This document shows, piece after piece, positions 50,180-63,500 of a DNA stretch of 64,000 nucleotides; position 1 is the stretch's first letter, and each line of letters starts with the position of its first letter. The notes under the pieces were generated by a model. The model made no database searches. It saw nothing but the letters and a program-made list of their open reading frames with translations, and was not told where the DNA came from. Origin of the DNA: Azolla caroliniana (lineage: Eukaryota; Plantae; Polypodiophyta); assembly GCA_043228905.1 (NCBI GenBank), contig JBHGNT010000005.1, positions 9,858,001-9,922,000 of the forward strand, read 5' to 3'. The position numbers and the translations under genes were made by a program.

Positions 50180-51261
50180 CTGACCCGCTTCACGCCCTCA
50201 TGTACAAGAAACGCAGGAAAGGGGAAACACCCGACACGAACATAGACGCGAATATACACAGACAGACGCAAACATATATATATGTATAAGCAGAAGAATA
50301 CATTCCCGGCTTCGAGCCGGACTGAAGTAGGTTACAGTAGTCGTCTGCTGCCAAGCCGCCGTCGGGGAGCTCTCAGCTCGTCGCACCGAGCGGGCTCTTG
50401 CACAGGAGGCCGAACCAAAGCAAACCCTAAGAGAAACACAAAGAAGGAGAAGAAGAAGAACCTAACTCTAAACCTAACGGTATACCCTCTAGTGCAAAAT
50501 GGGCAACCCCTCCACAAAGGGCGTTCCCTTCCTTTTATAGAACAAGGAGAGGGATGCGTTACAATGTGGGACAAATCCCGACTTTCATGGGATCGTCTGT
50601 CCCGAGTTGACTACTCTTTGGCGCCATAAAGGTGCCCTCGATATTCACACTAAATGTACATGGGTGCGTACACACGCTGCACCCCGCCGATGTAGCCAAT
50701 GTTTCCCGGTTTCCGCCTCTGGCCGAAATTCTTCACGACAACGCACTCTCTCTTCTTGCACCAACAAGAATGACAACAACTATATTCTTTGTTTGCCCTA
50801 AATCATATTTATACTAATATGACTTTTCGGCTATTTACAAATATGGCCCCGATGGACTCTCAGAAAACATATTTACGAATATGTCCCTTCATCCGGTGAG
50901 CACTTCTCACCGGGCCTTCACCATTCGGCTTTTGCCAGGTACTCGTCATCCGGTTCTCACCGGGTCTTCAGTAGCTGGGTACTCGTCATCCGGTTCTCAC
51001 CGGGTCTTCCGTAGCCGGGTACTCTTCATCCGGTTCTCACCGGGTCTTCCGTAGCCGGGTACTCTTCATCCGGTTCTCACCGGGTCTTCTGTAGTCGGGT
51101 ACTCTTTATCCGGTTCTCACCGGCTCTTGCCGGGTACTACTCATCCGATTCTCACCGGGTCTTCCATTGCCAGGTACTCCACATCCAATTTCGGCCTCGG
51201 CCGAGTTTCTCATCAGCACTGTTCTTCTCACTTCCCATTTGGAGGGACCTGTTTCCTAACA
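49625..51261 (-). repeat. Copia (F-type) solo LTR with a 40-bp tandem array
   Basis: Reverse complement matches the F LTR ends; TSD CTCCT/CTTCT; array at about 50890-51190. Confidence 0.92.
49973..50740 (-). repeat. Gypsy-type solo LTR nested in the copia solo LTR
   Basis: ACGT|TGTCGCG...CTTCACGACA|ACGC; host LTR GTTACGCACTC is restored on excision. TATA CTATAAAAGG on minus. Confidence 0.88.
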
Positions 51262-52094
51262 CTTCTTACAACAGGAGACCAAGCGCGCCCTCCAACAGGT
51301 TAGAGCCATTGAAACAAAATTAAGGAAGGTCGTTGCGGCAGCGCAACAGCTGTTACAGGTAGACCCTGGTTGCACTTGGTCTAGGGCTAAGCTGGAGGAA
51401 GCAAAGATGAAGGTACATGAAAGGACTTTGGAGAAGAACCGAATGTTGTTTCGAAGAAACGCAGCATGGTGGGCTAGAAAAGACAACAAGGTCAATCGAC
51501 ATTTCTTTCACTACAAGGCACCCAAGGGTGGTGGTGGACGTATACAAGGGTTGCGAAAACCAGAGCTCGATAACGGAGGACAAGACTGAGATTCTGGAAA
51601 TGGCAACACAATACTATCGTGACCTCCTCGCACCTATGCAGGTGAGGCAACACACGGAGCTGGCTGCTCGAGTGATGTCTTGCATTCACCCCAAGGTAAC
51701 CCAGGCGATGGAAGTTGTGCTTGTTAGCCCCATCTCTCGTTTAGAACTCTCGGAGGCGCTTAGGGGATTGCAAAGGGGTGCATGCCCCGGCTCCGATGGT
51801 CTCTCACGAGATTTCTTCGAGATTCATTGCGAATGTGTCATCCCGTCTTTGGAAGCCGGAGTTCAAGAGATTTGGTCCTCAGGAAAGATGCCAATTGGTT
51901 TGGTTGAGGGGATGATATATCTCATCCCCAAAGCGTCAGAGCGAAGCCTAGAGTTGCGCCAGTGGCGTCCAATCACGATCCTTAACACGGCATACAAGAT
52001 ACTCGCTAAAGTCCTAGCTCAGCGGTTAGCAAGCTTCTTACCGGACATCATACATGACAATCAAACTGGATTTGTCAAGAACAGACCACTCTAA

Positions 52095-52473
52095 AGAGGA
52101 GTCCACCATTCAACTTCCAAAGAAGTATCATCATTATGCCGATGTGTTCGATAAAGTAGAAGCCAATACGCTTCCTCACCATCGACTGTATGATTGCCCT
52201 ATCAATTTACAACCGGGAAAAGAGCCACCATGGGAACCTATCTACAATTTGTCACCAGTCGAGCTAGAAGTCCTTCGAGCCTATATAGAGGAGAATTTGG
52301 AAAATGGTTTCAATTGGCATTTGAAATCTCCAGCTGGGGCACCCATTTTCTTCGTCAAGAAAAAGGATGGATCACTTCGTCTCATTGTAGATTATCGTGG
52401 CTTGAATAAGGTCACCATCAGAAATAGGTATGCAGTTCCCCTTATCTCAAGTCTTTTAGAACAGATCAGTGGT
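52095..52473 (+). pseudogene. Chromovirus (Tf1/Tcn1-like) RT N-terminal fragment
   Basis: [48 protein letters not shown]. Confidence 0.8.
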
Positions 52474-54471
52474 TGTTGAGAATTGAACTCAACTTCCCAT
52501 AGGAATAGGTTCACACTAGCCCATGGACATACCAGGCTAGTTTTGTAAATAGCAAAAATGGCGCTTGCCCTAGCTTAGTTGGTATATAAACCAACTCATT
52601 GTAACTTAGTCATTGTTGGAAGTCTTATGTAATATACAGTTTGATTATCTTTGTCTTGATCTCTCTCTCTCTCTCTCTATGTGTTTCTACACACACCCAC
52701 ACATAGTATCTCATCTTCCGCTGCATTGCAATCACCACAAACTCCATTTCTTAACATGGTATTAGAGTGAGTGGTTGCCTGATCAAGCATTTTCGACTGA
52801 GTTGTGTTGCACGCCGACGATCAACAGAACCGGCCTATTGACAGAGAAGAAATCACCATGAATACTCAAATGGGAAGCACTCTTCCTACTGAGAAGCTTG
52901 ACCGAACAAACTTTGCATCTTGTTAATACAAGATGCATCAACACCTTGTTGGACAAGCTTACTAAAGCTACATTGAAGGAGCTCACGAAACGCAACCCAA
53001 CCCAACACACGCTGACTATCCCGCTTGGGAGCAGGCCGCGAGCCATGTGTTGTATTGTCTAGCATCATGCGTTCATGATCGTATGCTTGGATACATTTGA
53101 GAGGCAAAAACACCGAAGCAGGCGTGGGAAAATCTCAAAAAGATTTTCGCAACCAACATGGCCGCACGCAAGCTCCAACTTCGTCAGGAGCTAAATAGCA
53201 TCCAACAGAGGGACATGTCAATCTCAAGCTATACCTTGAAGTACAATGAGCTATGTGACGCCCTCGGATCTATCAACATCGTCATTGATGAGGACGAACT
53301 TGTGCAGATATGCCTCAGAGGTTTAGCAGCGCGATTAGATAGGACATTCTTGCAAGGGAGGACCCTCCCTCCTTTGAAGAGAATCACGCCCGGCAGAGGA
53401 GCAACGCACTAGATGGTCATATGCTCTACTCCCAGTTGGATGATAGAAGGAATTTCAGCCGAGGTCACAGAGGTTGCTTCGGACAAGGTCATAATGATCG
53501 GCAAAATCAAGAGTGTAACTCTCACCAATGGCAAATGGATATGGTCCCAAAGATTTCGGCGGAAGGGGGAGTCATAACACCGGACCGAGCAATCGCTGAA
53601 ACCCAATCCATGCAGGTATTGCCGAAAACCCGGCCACTACGAAGAGGAGTGTCGGAAGAAGAAACGTGAGGCAGGCCGACAACTGACAAATTATGCCACA
53701 AACTCCGACTACGGTGACCGTGGCAGAATGTTCATAATGAAGCAGGAAGCACACTCGATGTCTGCATTTGCGACAACCAGTGCCTCCACTCCTAATAGTG
53801 TATGGTTTGTCGATTCAGGAGCTTCAAATCACATGACTTCCCATGAAGATTGGTTTTGGGAATTACATGTTAAGAAACAGGTCCCTCCGAATGGGAAGTG
53901 AGAAGACCCGGTGAGAACCGGATGACGAGTACCCGACAATGGAAGACCTAGTGAGAACCGGATGACAAGTACCCGGCAATGGAAGACCTAGTGAGAACCG
54001 GATGACGAGTACCCGGCAATGGAAGACCTAGTGAGAACCGGATGACGAGTACCCGGCAATGGAAGACCTAGTGAGAACCGGATGACGAGTACCCGGCAAT
54101 GGAAGACCTAGTGAGAACCGGATGACGAGTACCCGACAAGGAAGGCCCGGTGAGAACCGAATGATGAATGCCTGGCAAGAGCCGGATGGTGAAGACCTGG
54201 TGAGAACCGGATGATGAGGGCCCAGAAAGAGCCGGATGGTGAAGACTCGGTGAGAACCGGATGACGAGTACCTGGCAAGAGCCGGATGGTGAAGGCCCGG
54301 TGAGGAGTGCTCACCGGATGAATGGACATATTCGTAAATATGTTTCTGAGAGTCCATTGGGGCTATATTTGTATATAGCCGAAAAGTCATATTAGTATAA
54401 ATATGACTTAGGGCAAACTTAGTACAGTAGTTGTCATTCTTGTTGGTGCAAGATTTGAGTGCGTAACTGTG

Positions 54472-54511
<40 letters not shown>

Positions 54512-57500
54512 GATGTCGTTGCCTCTATTGTAACTGCCGCCTGTGGCGAAGATAGCAAGCTCGAGGTCCGTGCCTCGGTGCTTTACTATTGTACATTGTG
54601 ATATAGTGATAGTTTGCAGTTTGTGGGCTGCCGTGGTTTTTCCCTAGTTTGGGTTTTCCACGTTAACATCTTGTGTACTCTTCTCTTTACTATGTTGTGC
54701 GTTCATTACCCATTTTCTGTGTTTGATTCTAGCCTCGGTTGTGGCCGAGCGTTGTTCATCGGGAGCGTGTATTCTTGTCAAAGTGGTATCAGAGCGAAAC
54801 GACACTGAAAAATGGACGATTCGTTGGGAGGCATGTTCAAGCTCACCGACTCCAACTATTCGGTGTGGAAGTCGAAGATGAGGGACATGCTCGTGGTTAA
54901 TGATCTTTGGTTGCCGGTTCAGTTCGGGGACAAGAGACCGAACAAAATCCACGCCACGATATGGGAGGTGATGCACATGAAGACAACGGCATACATATGG
55001 TGCTTCATCAACATGATACAACAACTTCAATGAAGAGAGCAAGGCTCATGGGCTCTGGGAGAAGATCAGCATTATGTTTCAAAACAAAAATGTTGTTAAT
55101 CAGGTTTCGGTATTTCGGAAGGTAGTAAGACTCTGGTACCAAGATGACTCCAGCATGGAAGAGCACATGAATACCTTCCAGGGGATGATCCACCAGGCAA
55201 CATCATTGGAAGTACCTCTCGCCGATGAGGTACTAGTGCTACTCCTGCTCGGTTCCCTCCCAGATAGTTGGGAGACGTTGGTTGTCACTTTGGGCAACGC
55301 CGGGCCGGAAGGGAAACGGTTATCCCTAGCAAGAGTGAAGTCGAGCTTGCTAGATGAGGAGGCGCGTCAGAAAGATAAGGATACGAGCTCTGACTCCAAA
55401 GCGCTCCTTACCGAATCGGAACGCGGAAGACAAAGGAACCATAGCCCCCAGAACCAGGAAAAGTCGGGGACACGGTCAAAGTCAAGGGGGAGGCCTACCT
55501 GCTTCTATTGCGGCAAACCGGGACACTTCCAGAAAAATTGTCGGCACTTCCAAAAAGACAAGGAAACCGACGACATCGATTCGAAGCGGACACCGGACCT
55601 GAATGGTAAAGACCGGAGGGGAACAGACCGGAAGGGAACGACGACAATCGCGGCAAGTGAAGAAGAGTTGATGCTCATTACCGAGGAGAGTGAGCTAAAC
55701 CTTGCCGGCGATGAGATTTCCTGGGTGGTCGATTCTGAAGCGTCGTTCCACCTTACCCCGGACTGGAAATGCTTCTCATCCTACTCAGCCAGTGATCACA
55801 ACTGTGTCCGGATGGGGAATGAAGGCACATGCCGAATTGCCGGCATAGGAGACGTGTGGTTGACAACACCAACCGGATGCAAGCTACTGCTAAAGGATGT
55901 CCGACACGTTCCGGAGGTTCGACTGAACCTAATATCAGCCGGTCGGCTAGATGATGAAGGCTACACGGGTAGCATCCGGAATGGTGTTATGCAGTTCAGC
56001 AAAGGGAGCTTGATTGTGACTCGGGCCCAGAAGGTCGGCATGTTGTAGCTAATGAATGCCCGGTTATGTCCGGAGGAAGTGAACGTGACATCCGACACTG
56101 CCGGTGAGCTGTGGCACAAGAGGTTGTGTCACATGAGCGAGAAGGGGATGAAGAGGCTTCCAGACGACAACCTCATTCTAGTGAAGAACTTGCACTTGGA
56201 GAAGTGCACTGATTGTCTGGCCGGTAAGCAAAACCGGACCTCCTTCCGACCAAGGCCACCGATGAGACGTAATGCACCATTGGAGTTGGTGCATACTGAT
56301 GTGTGTCAAGTGGACACGAAGTCACATGCAGGATCGCAGTACTTCGTGACGTTCATAGATGACCACAACCGGAAGTTGTGGGCCACACCGCTGAAGACGA
56401 AGGATCAGGTGCTATCCTTCTTCAAAGAGCTCCACACTAGAGTGGAAAGAGAAACCAGCTGGAAGCTGAAGGCGGTTCGAGCAGATAACGGAGGAGAATA
56501 CCAGGGGCAGTTCGAGGAGTACTACCGCTCGAAGGGAATCCGGCTCGAATTTACCCTGCCGAAGATCCCGTAACTAAACGGGCTGGTCGAGAGGATGAAC
56601 CGGACCATAATGGAGAGGGTTCGGAGTATGCTGGCGCATGCGAAACTACCCAAGAAGTTTTGGACTGAGGCACTGTCAACGGCGACATATGTGATAAACA
56701 GATCACCCTCAGTACCCTTGGATGGAGACACGCCGCAGAGAGTATGAACCGGTAAGGAAGTGTCCTACCGGCATCTGAAGGTGTTCGGGTGTCTCGCGTA
56801 CGTGCATGTAGCTAAGGACTGGAGAGGAAAGTTGGATCCAAAGACCCGGCCATGCATATTCCTTGGTTACGGCGACGATGAGTTCGGCTACCGAGTGTGG
56901 GACCTGGCCGACGAGAAGGTATTCATGAGTCGAGATATTTTCTTCATGGAGGACAAGACCCTTGCCGATTGGGAGTCGGAGAAGAAGATAATGAACTCTG
57001 ATGAGATTCGGACACACCCGGCTAAGAGCCGGTTGACACTCGAGGAACCAGCCGGTTACGGTGAGAATACCGAAACGGCAGAAGAAGAAGTAGAGGAAGC
57101 TGAAATCGGAACTGGCCAAGACCCCGAATCGGATTCGGATGAAGAACAAATAGTGGAGCCGGTTGTCGAAGGTCAAAGACGAAGATATCCTCTCAGAGAG
57201 AGAAGGCCCCCCTGGAGATTTCCGGATGCAGAGCATGTGCTGCTGACCGATGAGGGAGAGCCGGAAAGCTTCGAAGAAGTGAAGGATGACACCCACAGCC
57301 GCAAATGGTTAAGTGCCATGCAGGATTAGATGGATTCCTTGCATGAGAACCATACGTATGAATTGGTGGAGTTGCCGAAAGGAAAGCGGGCACTCCGAAA
57401 CAAGTGGGTGTACAAGTTGAAACCGGGAGATGCCGGAACCCCCCGAGATACAAAGCCAGGATCGTGGTGAAGGGGTTCCAGCAGAAGAATGGCGTGGACT

Positions 57501-60500
57501 TCGACGAGATATTTCCCCTGGTAGTAAATATGACCTCCATCCGGATGGTGCTGAGTATAGCGGCAAGCATGGACCTCGAGGTAGAGCAGCTAGACGTGAA
57601 GACGACATTCCTTCACGGTTACCTTGAAGAGGAGATCTACATGCAGCAACCAGAAGGACTCGTGGAGAAAGGGAAGGAGCACCTGGTTTGCCGGTTGAAG
57701 AAGAGCCTGTACGGACTGAAGCAGGCTCCCCGACAATGGTACTGGAAGTTCGACTCCTTCATGACAGATCAAGGGTACCACAAGACGCAGGCCGATCACT
57801 GCGTGTTTGTGAAGAAGTTCGAAGGAGGTGACTTCTTGATACTCCTTCTATACGTGGACGACATGTTGATCGTCGGACGGGACCAAGCCAGAATACGGAT
57901 GCTGAAGAAGGCTCTCGACCGAACTTTCACAATGAAAGACTTGGGTCCGGAAAGACAGATGCTGGGGATGCATATCATCCGGAACCGGCCAACGAAGCAA
58001 TTGTGGCTGTCACAGGAGAAATACGTGACAAAGGTGCTTCAGCGGTTCAACATGTTAGAAGCGAAACCGATCGGATCGACACTCTCGGCAAACTACAGAT
58101 TATCCAGTAAGAAAAGCCCGAAGACGAAAACAGAGAAGGCGGAGATGATGAAGGTGCCATATGCCTCTGCCGTCGGGAGCTTAATGTACTCAATGGTGTG
58201 TACTCGACCGGATATTGGATACGCAGTCGGAGTGGTGAGCTGGTTTATGAGCAATCCCGGCAAGGAGCACTGGAACGCGGTCAAATGGATACTCTGATAC
58301 CTGAAGGGCACTTTGAATATGTGCCTCCGATTCGGCCCCGGTAAACCTCAACTTGATAGTTTTACTGATTCGGATATGTCGGCTGATGTGGATACTAGGC
58401 GGTCTACTTCTGGGTATGTAATGACATATGCAGGGGGAGCTGTTTCGTGGCAGTTGAGGTTGCAGAAGACGGTTGCGTTGTCAACCACGGAGGCAGAGTA
58501 CATGGCGGCTGTGGAAGCCAGCAAGGAAATATTATGGATGAAGGACTTCATCGGAGAGCTCGGTATCCGGCAAGATAAATACTGGCTCTATTGCGATAGT
58601 CAAAGTGCCATCCACCTTGCTAAGAACGCAACGTACCATTCCAAGACGAAGCACATCCAACGTAGGCATCACTGAATCTGGGAGCGAGTAGAAGATCGAG
58701 AGTTCGCACTGATGAAGATCCACACGGCCGAGAACGGGTCAGATATGCTGACCAAAGTGCTGATGCCAGCCAAGCTGGATGCATGTTGGAAGCGGATCGG
58801 ACTGGTAAGATATCCCATGCCGGAGTGAAGGGGGAGTTTGTTAGGAAACAGGTCCCTCCGAATGGGAAGTGAGAAGACCCGGTGAGAACCGGATGATGGG
58901 TACTCGGCAATGGAAGACCCGGTGAGAGCCGGATGACGAGTACCTGACAAGGAAGGCCCGGTGAGAACCGGATGACGAGTGCCCGACAAGAGCCGGATGG
59001 TGAAGACCCGGTGAGGACCGGATGATGAGGGCCCGACAAGAGCCGGATGGTGAAGACCCGGTGAGAACCGGATGACGAGTACCCAGCAAGAGCCGGATTG
59101 TGAAGGCCCGGTGAGGAGTGCTCACCGGATGAAGGGACATATTCGTAAATATGTTTCTGAGAGTCCATTGGGGCTATATTTGTAAATAGCCGAAAAGTCA
59201 TATTAGTATAAATATGACTTAGGGCAAACCTAGTACAGTAGTTGTCATTCTTGTTGGTGCAAGATTTGAGTGCGTAACTGTGTACAGAGAGAGAGAGAGA
59301 GAAGAAAATGTTGGGGCCTCTATTGTAACCACCGCCTGTGGCGAAGATAACAAGCTCGAGGTCATTCCCTCGGTGCTTTAGTATTGTACATTGTGATATA
59401 GTGATAGTTTGCAGTTTGTGGGCTGCCGTGGTTTTTCCCTAGTTTGGGTTTTCCATCTTAACATCCTGTGTACTCTTCTCTTTACTGTGTTGTGCGTTCA
59501 TTACCCGTTTTCTGTGTTTGATTCTAGCCTCGGTTGTGGCCGAGCGTTGTTCATCGGGAGCGTGTAATCTTGTCATTACAGAAGCCCGAACGTCCCGGAT
59601 ATGTCGAAACAGGAAATGATACGACTCATCCAATACAGCATATGGGGAATGTCCCATTCGGAAACGACGACGAACAGACCTACCTCAAGAACGTACTACA
59701 TATTCCCACTATCACGAAAAGTCTGGTTTCGGTCGGCTAGATTGTAGAACAAGGAATGCAGGTACGCTACAACAATGATGGGTGCTTCATTGAAAAAGGC
59801 GATCAAATTGTAGCTCATGGCAGACGAGAAGGCCATATGTTCATCCTCGAGTCGAGCGAAGTAAAGTCGGCTATGTACGCAAAGGGCCAGAAAGTCAAAA
59901 CCGACTTAAATTTGTGGCACAAGAGAATCGGCCAGATCAATCTCCAGAAGCTTCAGAACATGCAAACAAAAGGAGTCGTAATCGGACTCCCGAACTTTAC
60001 GGCAAAGGAGATCACGGGCATGTGCGAAGCATGCCAATTCGGATAGCAACGCCGTCATCCATTCCCAAAAGAGCGGAATGTAAGCAAAGGGATCCTGGAT
60101 GTCATACATTCAGATGTGTGGGGACCAGCCCAAACAACTACTGTCGGCGGATGCCGTTACTACGTCACGGTCATCGATGACTTCTCCAGAAATACCTGGA
60201 TTTATCCGATGAGGCCAAAGAGTGAAGTGTTCGGCCACTTCCAGAAGTTCAAAGCCGAAGTGGACAAAGCCACAGGCCGGCATGTGCGCTGCCTTCGATC
60301 AGATGCAGGCAAAGAATATTTTTCGAATGAGTTCTCGGCATATTTCCGCAAGGAAGGAATCCAACGAGAGTTCTCATGCCGATATACGGCTCACCAAAAC
60401 GGCGTAGCAGAGCGGAAAAACAGGCACATAGTCGAAGTCGTGCGAGCTATAATGAATTAGAAGAACTTGTTGAAATCATACTGGGTAGAAGCGGCAAATA

Positions 60501-60569
60501 CGGCTGTATACCCCATGAACAGGAGTACACGACATAACTCCGCATGAGAAGTTTTTCGGGAAGAAGCGG
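52474..60569 (+). mobile_element. Copia G (different lineage): 5' LTR 52474-52756, PBS, gag, PR, INT; split by F and cut by H
   Basis: TGTTGAG...TTAACA then TGGTATTAGAG. CRYCRKPGHYEEEC knuckle, WFVDSGAS, WHKRIGQ, HSDVWGP, NGVAERKNRH. Confidence 0.9.
53868..59575 (+). mobile_element. Copia F, complete element (5' LTR 53868-54780, 3' LTR 58839-59575), same family as C
   Basis: Perfect TSD TTACA; PBS 54784-54795; PPT about 58827-58838; degenerate gag-pol 54812-58828. Confidence 0.96.
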
Positions 60570-63500
60570 CGTCGTGAAGATCTGTCACTACACGCGGATC
60601 GTGAGGCGGAACCGCCGGGGTTCTGGACCGGAAGGATTCAAAGTCGGTACAAGCTTTGGCGCAAGCTTTAGCGAGAAAGTACTTAAGATAGATTGGGAAA
60701 GAGAGAAGTTGAGATTACACGATTGAGAGAGATTGATTGAACTTTTAACTTTAGATTTAAGAAACAAGTTACACGATCAATTTGATAACGAATTTCTTCC
60801 TCTTAATTTTCATAAAAAAAAACGTGTTTTTTCTCCTCCCCCTTCCTTCTTTTATAGATGCTCTCAAGCATATGATGCATGTGAGGGTACAAGACATGCA
60901 TAAATTGCATGTTTGCAATTTGGCGCTTATGTATTACATGTGGTGCATGATAACCATGTCACTCATTTTAGCTCTCATGTATGAGAATTTACATGTAAAA
61001 GTACAATGATAGAAATATAATTTCAACTAAATAACATGGCTTAATGGTAAGCCAATTGATTCCTAACTTGGAGGTGCAAGGTTCGAATCCTTACTTGCCC
61101 TCCTTGTACATGTATATATGTATATATATTTATATATTTATTTATCTAGTCGCCGGACGCCGGTTCGTCGGATGTTGCCGGTTACCGGTGCCTCGCCGGA
61201 TGCCGTCGTCTTACCGGCACCGGATACCGGTGCTGCCGCCGGATGCCGGATTGTCATCGGATGCTTCCGGATCACCGGCTCCATCGCTGGTCCGGTTTTG
61301 GTTGGCCAAAACCCTTTACGAGTAGCTAGCCCACCTTCACTCTTAGTTCAAGTTACCTTGAACTCTATGCTCCACACATAGACACAAAGATAATATCTTT
61401 TGCTCTACCTTATATATGATGAGAGCCGTATTTGTCGTGCCTATGTGGGATATCTCACAATTTTCCCTTTTCCTTTCACAAACTTTATACCCTCATATCT
61501 TGACATTTAGTTGTTCGTTTCTCGTGTAATAAAGTGCATTCGAAACCTCCATCATTTTGTACTTAGATATTAAATTTATTGAAAATGTTATCTTCACAAT
61601 TATTGTATTATGTGATTCATACTCGATTTCGTACGTTTTATGGGATTTTCACACTATTGCCGAAAATCTTCACGACATCCACCCCCACCAAACCGCACGA
61701 CCTTCGGTACGTGCCAAGAAGAGAGAAAGTGAGATTTCGGCAACGATGATCAATTAGATTCCTGCATGTCTTCATTTACATCCTCCCTATTATGTTCATC
61801 ATCGAGGTAATCGAGATCAGGATCCTTGTCTTGTCTTTTCTTGAAAATCTTTACTCTTTTTCCCGCAATGGGTACGGCCAACCTTGATCCGTCTAGTTCC
61901 GCAAGGTGGTATTTGGCATTATCGTTGGCACTTGTCACCACATGCGGCCTGAACCATGTTCTTGCAAACTTCCTTGTTGTACTGTGTTGATTGTCAAGGG
62001 TGCTATCGTAAACCAAAACCCAATCCCCTTCTTCAATCTTCTTGGGGCGAAGTCGATGCGTGTTGTCGAACCGAACCTTGTTCTTTACTCAGGCTGTCTT
62101 CATCATCTTTCGCGCTTTTTCTAAATCTTCAGGTCTTCTTTCCAGTTGCCTTATCCGCGCCGCTAATAACTCTTCTCGGCTCATCTTGTTCTCCCACGGT
62201 ATCGCTACCCATGAGGCGATCGTCCTTTCGATGGGCATAATCGGCTTCTGTCCATACATAAGCTCCGTTGGCATATACCCTGTCACCGAGCTATGTGTCG
62301 TTCTATCGGCCCACAAGGCATAGGGTAATAGTTGTGGCCAATTCCCGACTCGACCGTTGCATGCCTGTACGATGGCTTTAACGATAGGTCCATGCCCTCG
62401 CTCGATCTTCCCATTCGCTTCCGGATTGTAGGCAGTCGTGAGGGAGAGCTTCACGCCTAGTCTTTCGAAGAGCTGTATCGCTTCTTGCGTGTCCAACTCC
62501 CCTCGGTCGGCCACTATCTTCCCTACACATCCATATCGGTCGGCAAACAACCTCTTCAAGCAGAAATTTGCAGACGGCTGAAGTCGTCTTATTTGTCAAG
62601 GCTCGTCCTTCCACTTGATTCGTCAAGTCTTCCCTCGCCAGCGCTAAGTACTTCATTTGTCCCACTCCCATTGGCATCGAGACCAGATCCACCATCCATT
62701 TAAAGTGTATGGTGAGTGGGTATGTCGGCTGTAACTCATCACGATGACGTATATTTGAATATATTTGGCAAGTTTTGCATGTGGACACGAAATGGAGTAC
62801 ATCTTTGTACATGCTTGGCCACCAGTACGTCTCCTTCAACTTTTCGAACGTCGCCCATGTTCCTCTATGACCTGCCCAAGCACTCTCGTGGAATTCAGTC
62901 ATCAGCGTCTCTTGCTCTTCTTTCTTTACCACCACTCGACGTGGTGTTCCTGTCCTTCTTTTTGGATGTCGCCAAAGGAATCCTCCCTTCAAGACGTATC
63001 GGTAAGCTTTCTTTCGGATCCGTAGGGCCTCCTCCTTTGTCAACGAAGCATCTGTTGTCAATGTTCTTAGGAATCTACCGATGAGTAACCACTCTCCTTC
63101 GTACTCATTCTCGTTGAAGGCGTGGAGGGTTTGCGTGTCCTGGTCTTCCGCCAGCAATCGAGCCATCTTGAAGAAGTCGAGGGCGACATCTTCATCTTCT
63201 GAAACCATGTTACTTCCGTTTGAAAATCTTGCCCTCAACAGCATGTCAGCCATGGCGTTCTTCTTCCCTGCAATGTGACGGTTCTCTGGGTTTAAAGACT
63301 TGATGTAGGCGATCCACCTTAGCATAGCAAGATCTGGGGTCGCACATCCCGAGACCATTCCGACAATTGGGAGACAATCTGTCTCTATTATCACTTCTGA
63401 CCCGATCAGGTAATCTTTGTCCGTTTTCACTGCCGACACAATACCCCAAAGTTCCCGCTTGACTTGGGCATATCTTTGTTGCCGTTCGCTGAGAACCTTT

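Larger units (their letters stand above)
49021..52094 (+). mobile_element. L1/Tx1-type LINE ORF2 fragment (EN through RT N-terminus), interrupted by a solo LTR
   Basis: GDFNM, RLDCIY, SDHQLV; PGSDGL, WRPITILNTAYKILAK, QTGFV. Confidence 0.88.

Noticed and set aside
58620-59201. Antisense ORFs across LTRs (also 54028..54558, 17669..18092)
   Set aside because: Produced by stop-poor tandem repeats; the frames are not conserved between LTRs.
61030-61100. Functional tRNA gene
   Set aside because: No acceptor or anticodon stem; kept only as a tRNA-like promoter module.
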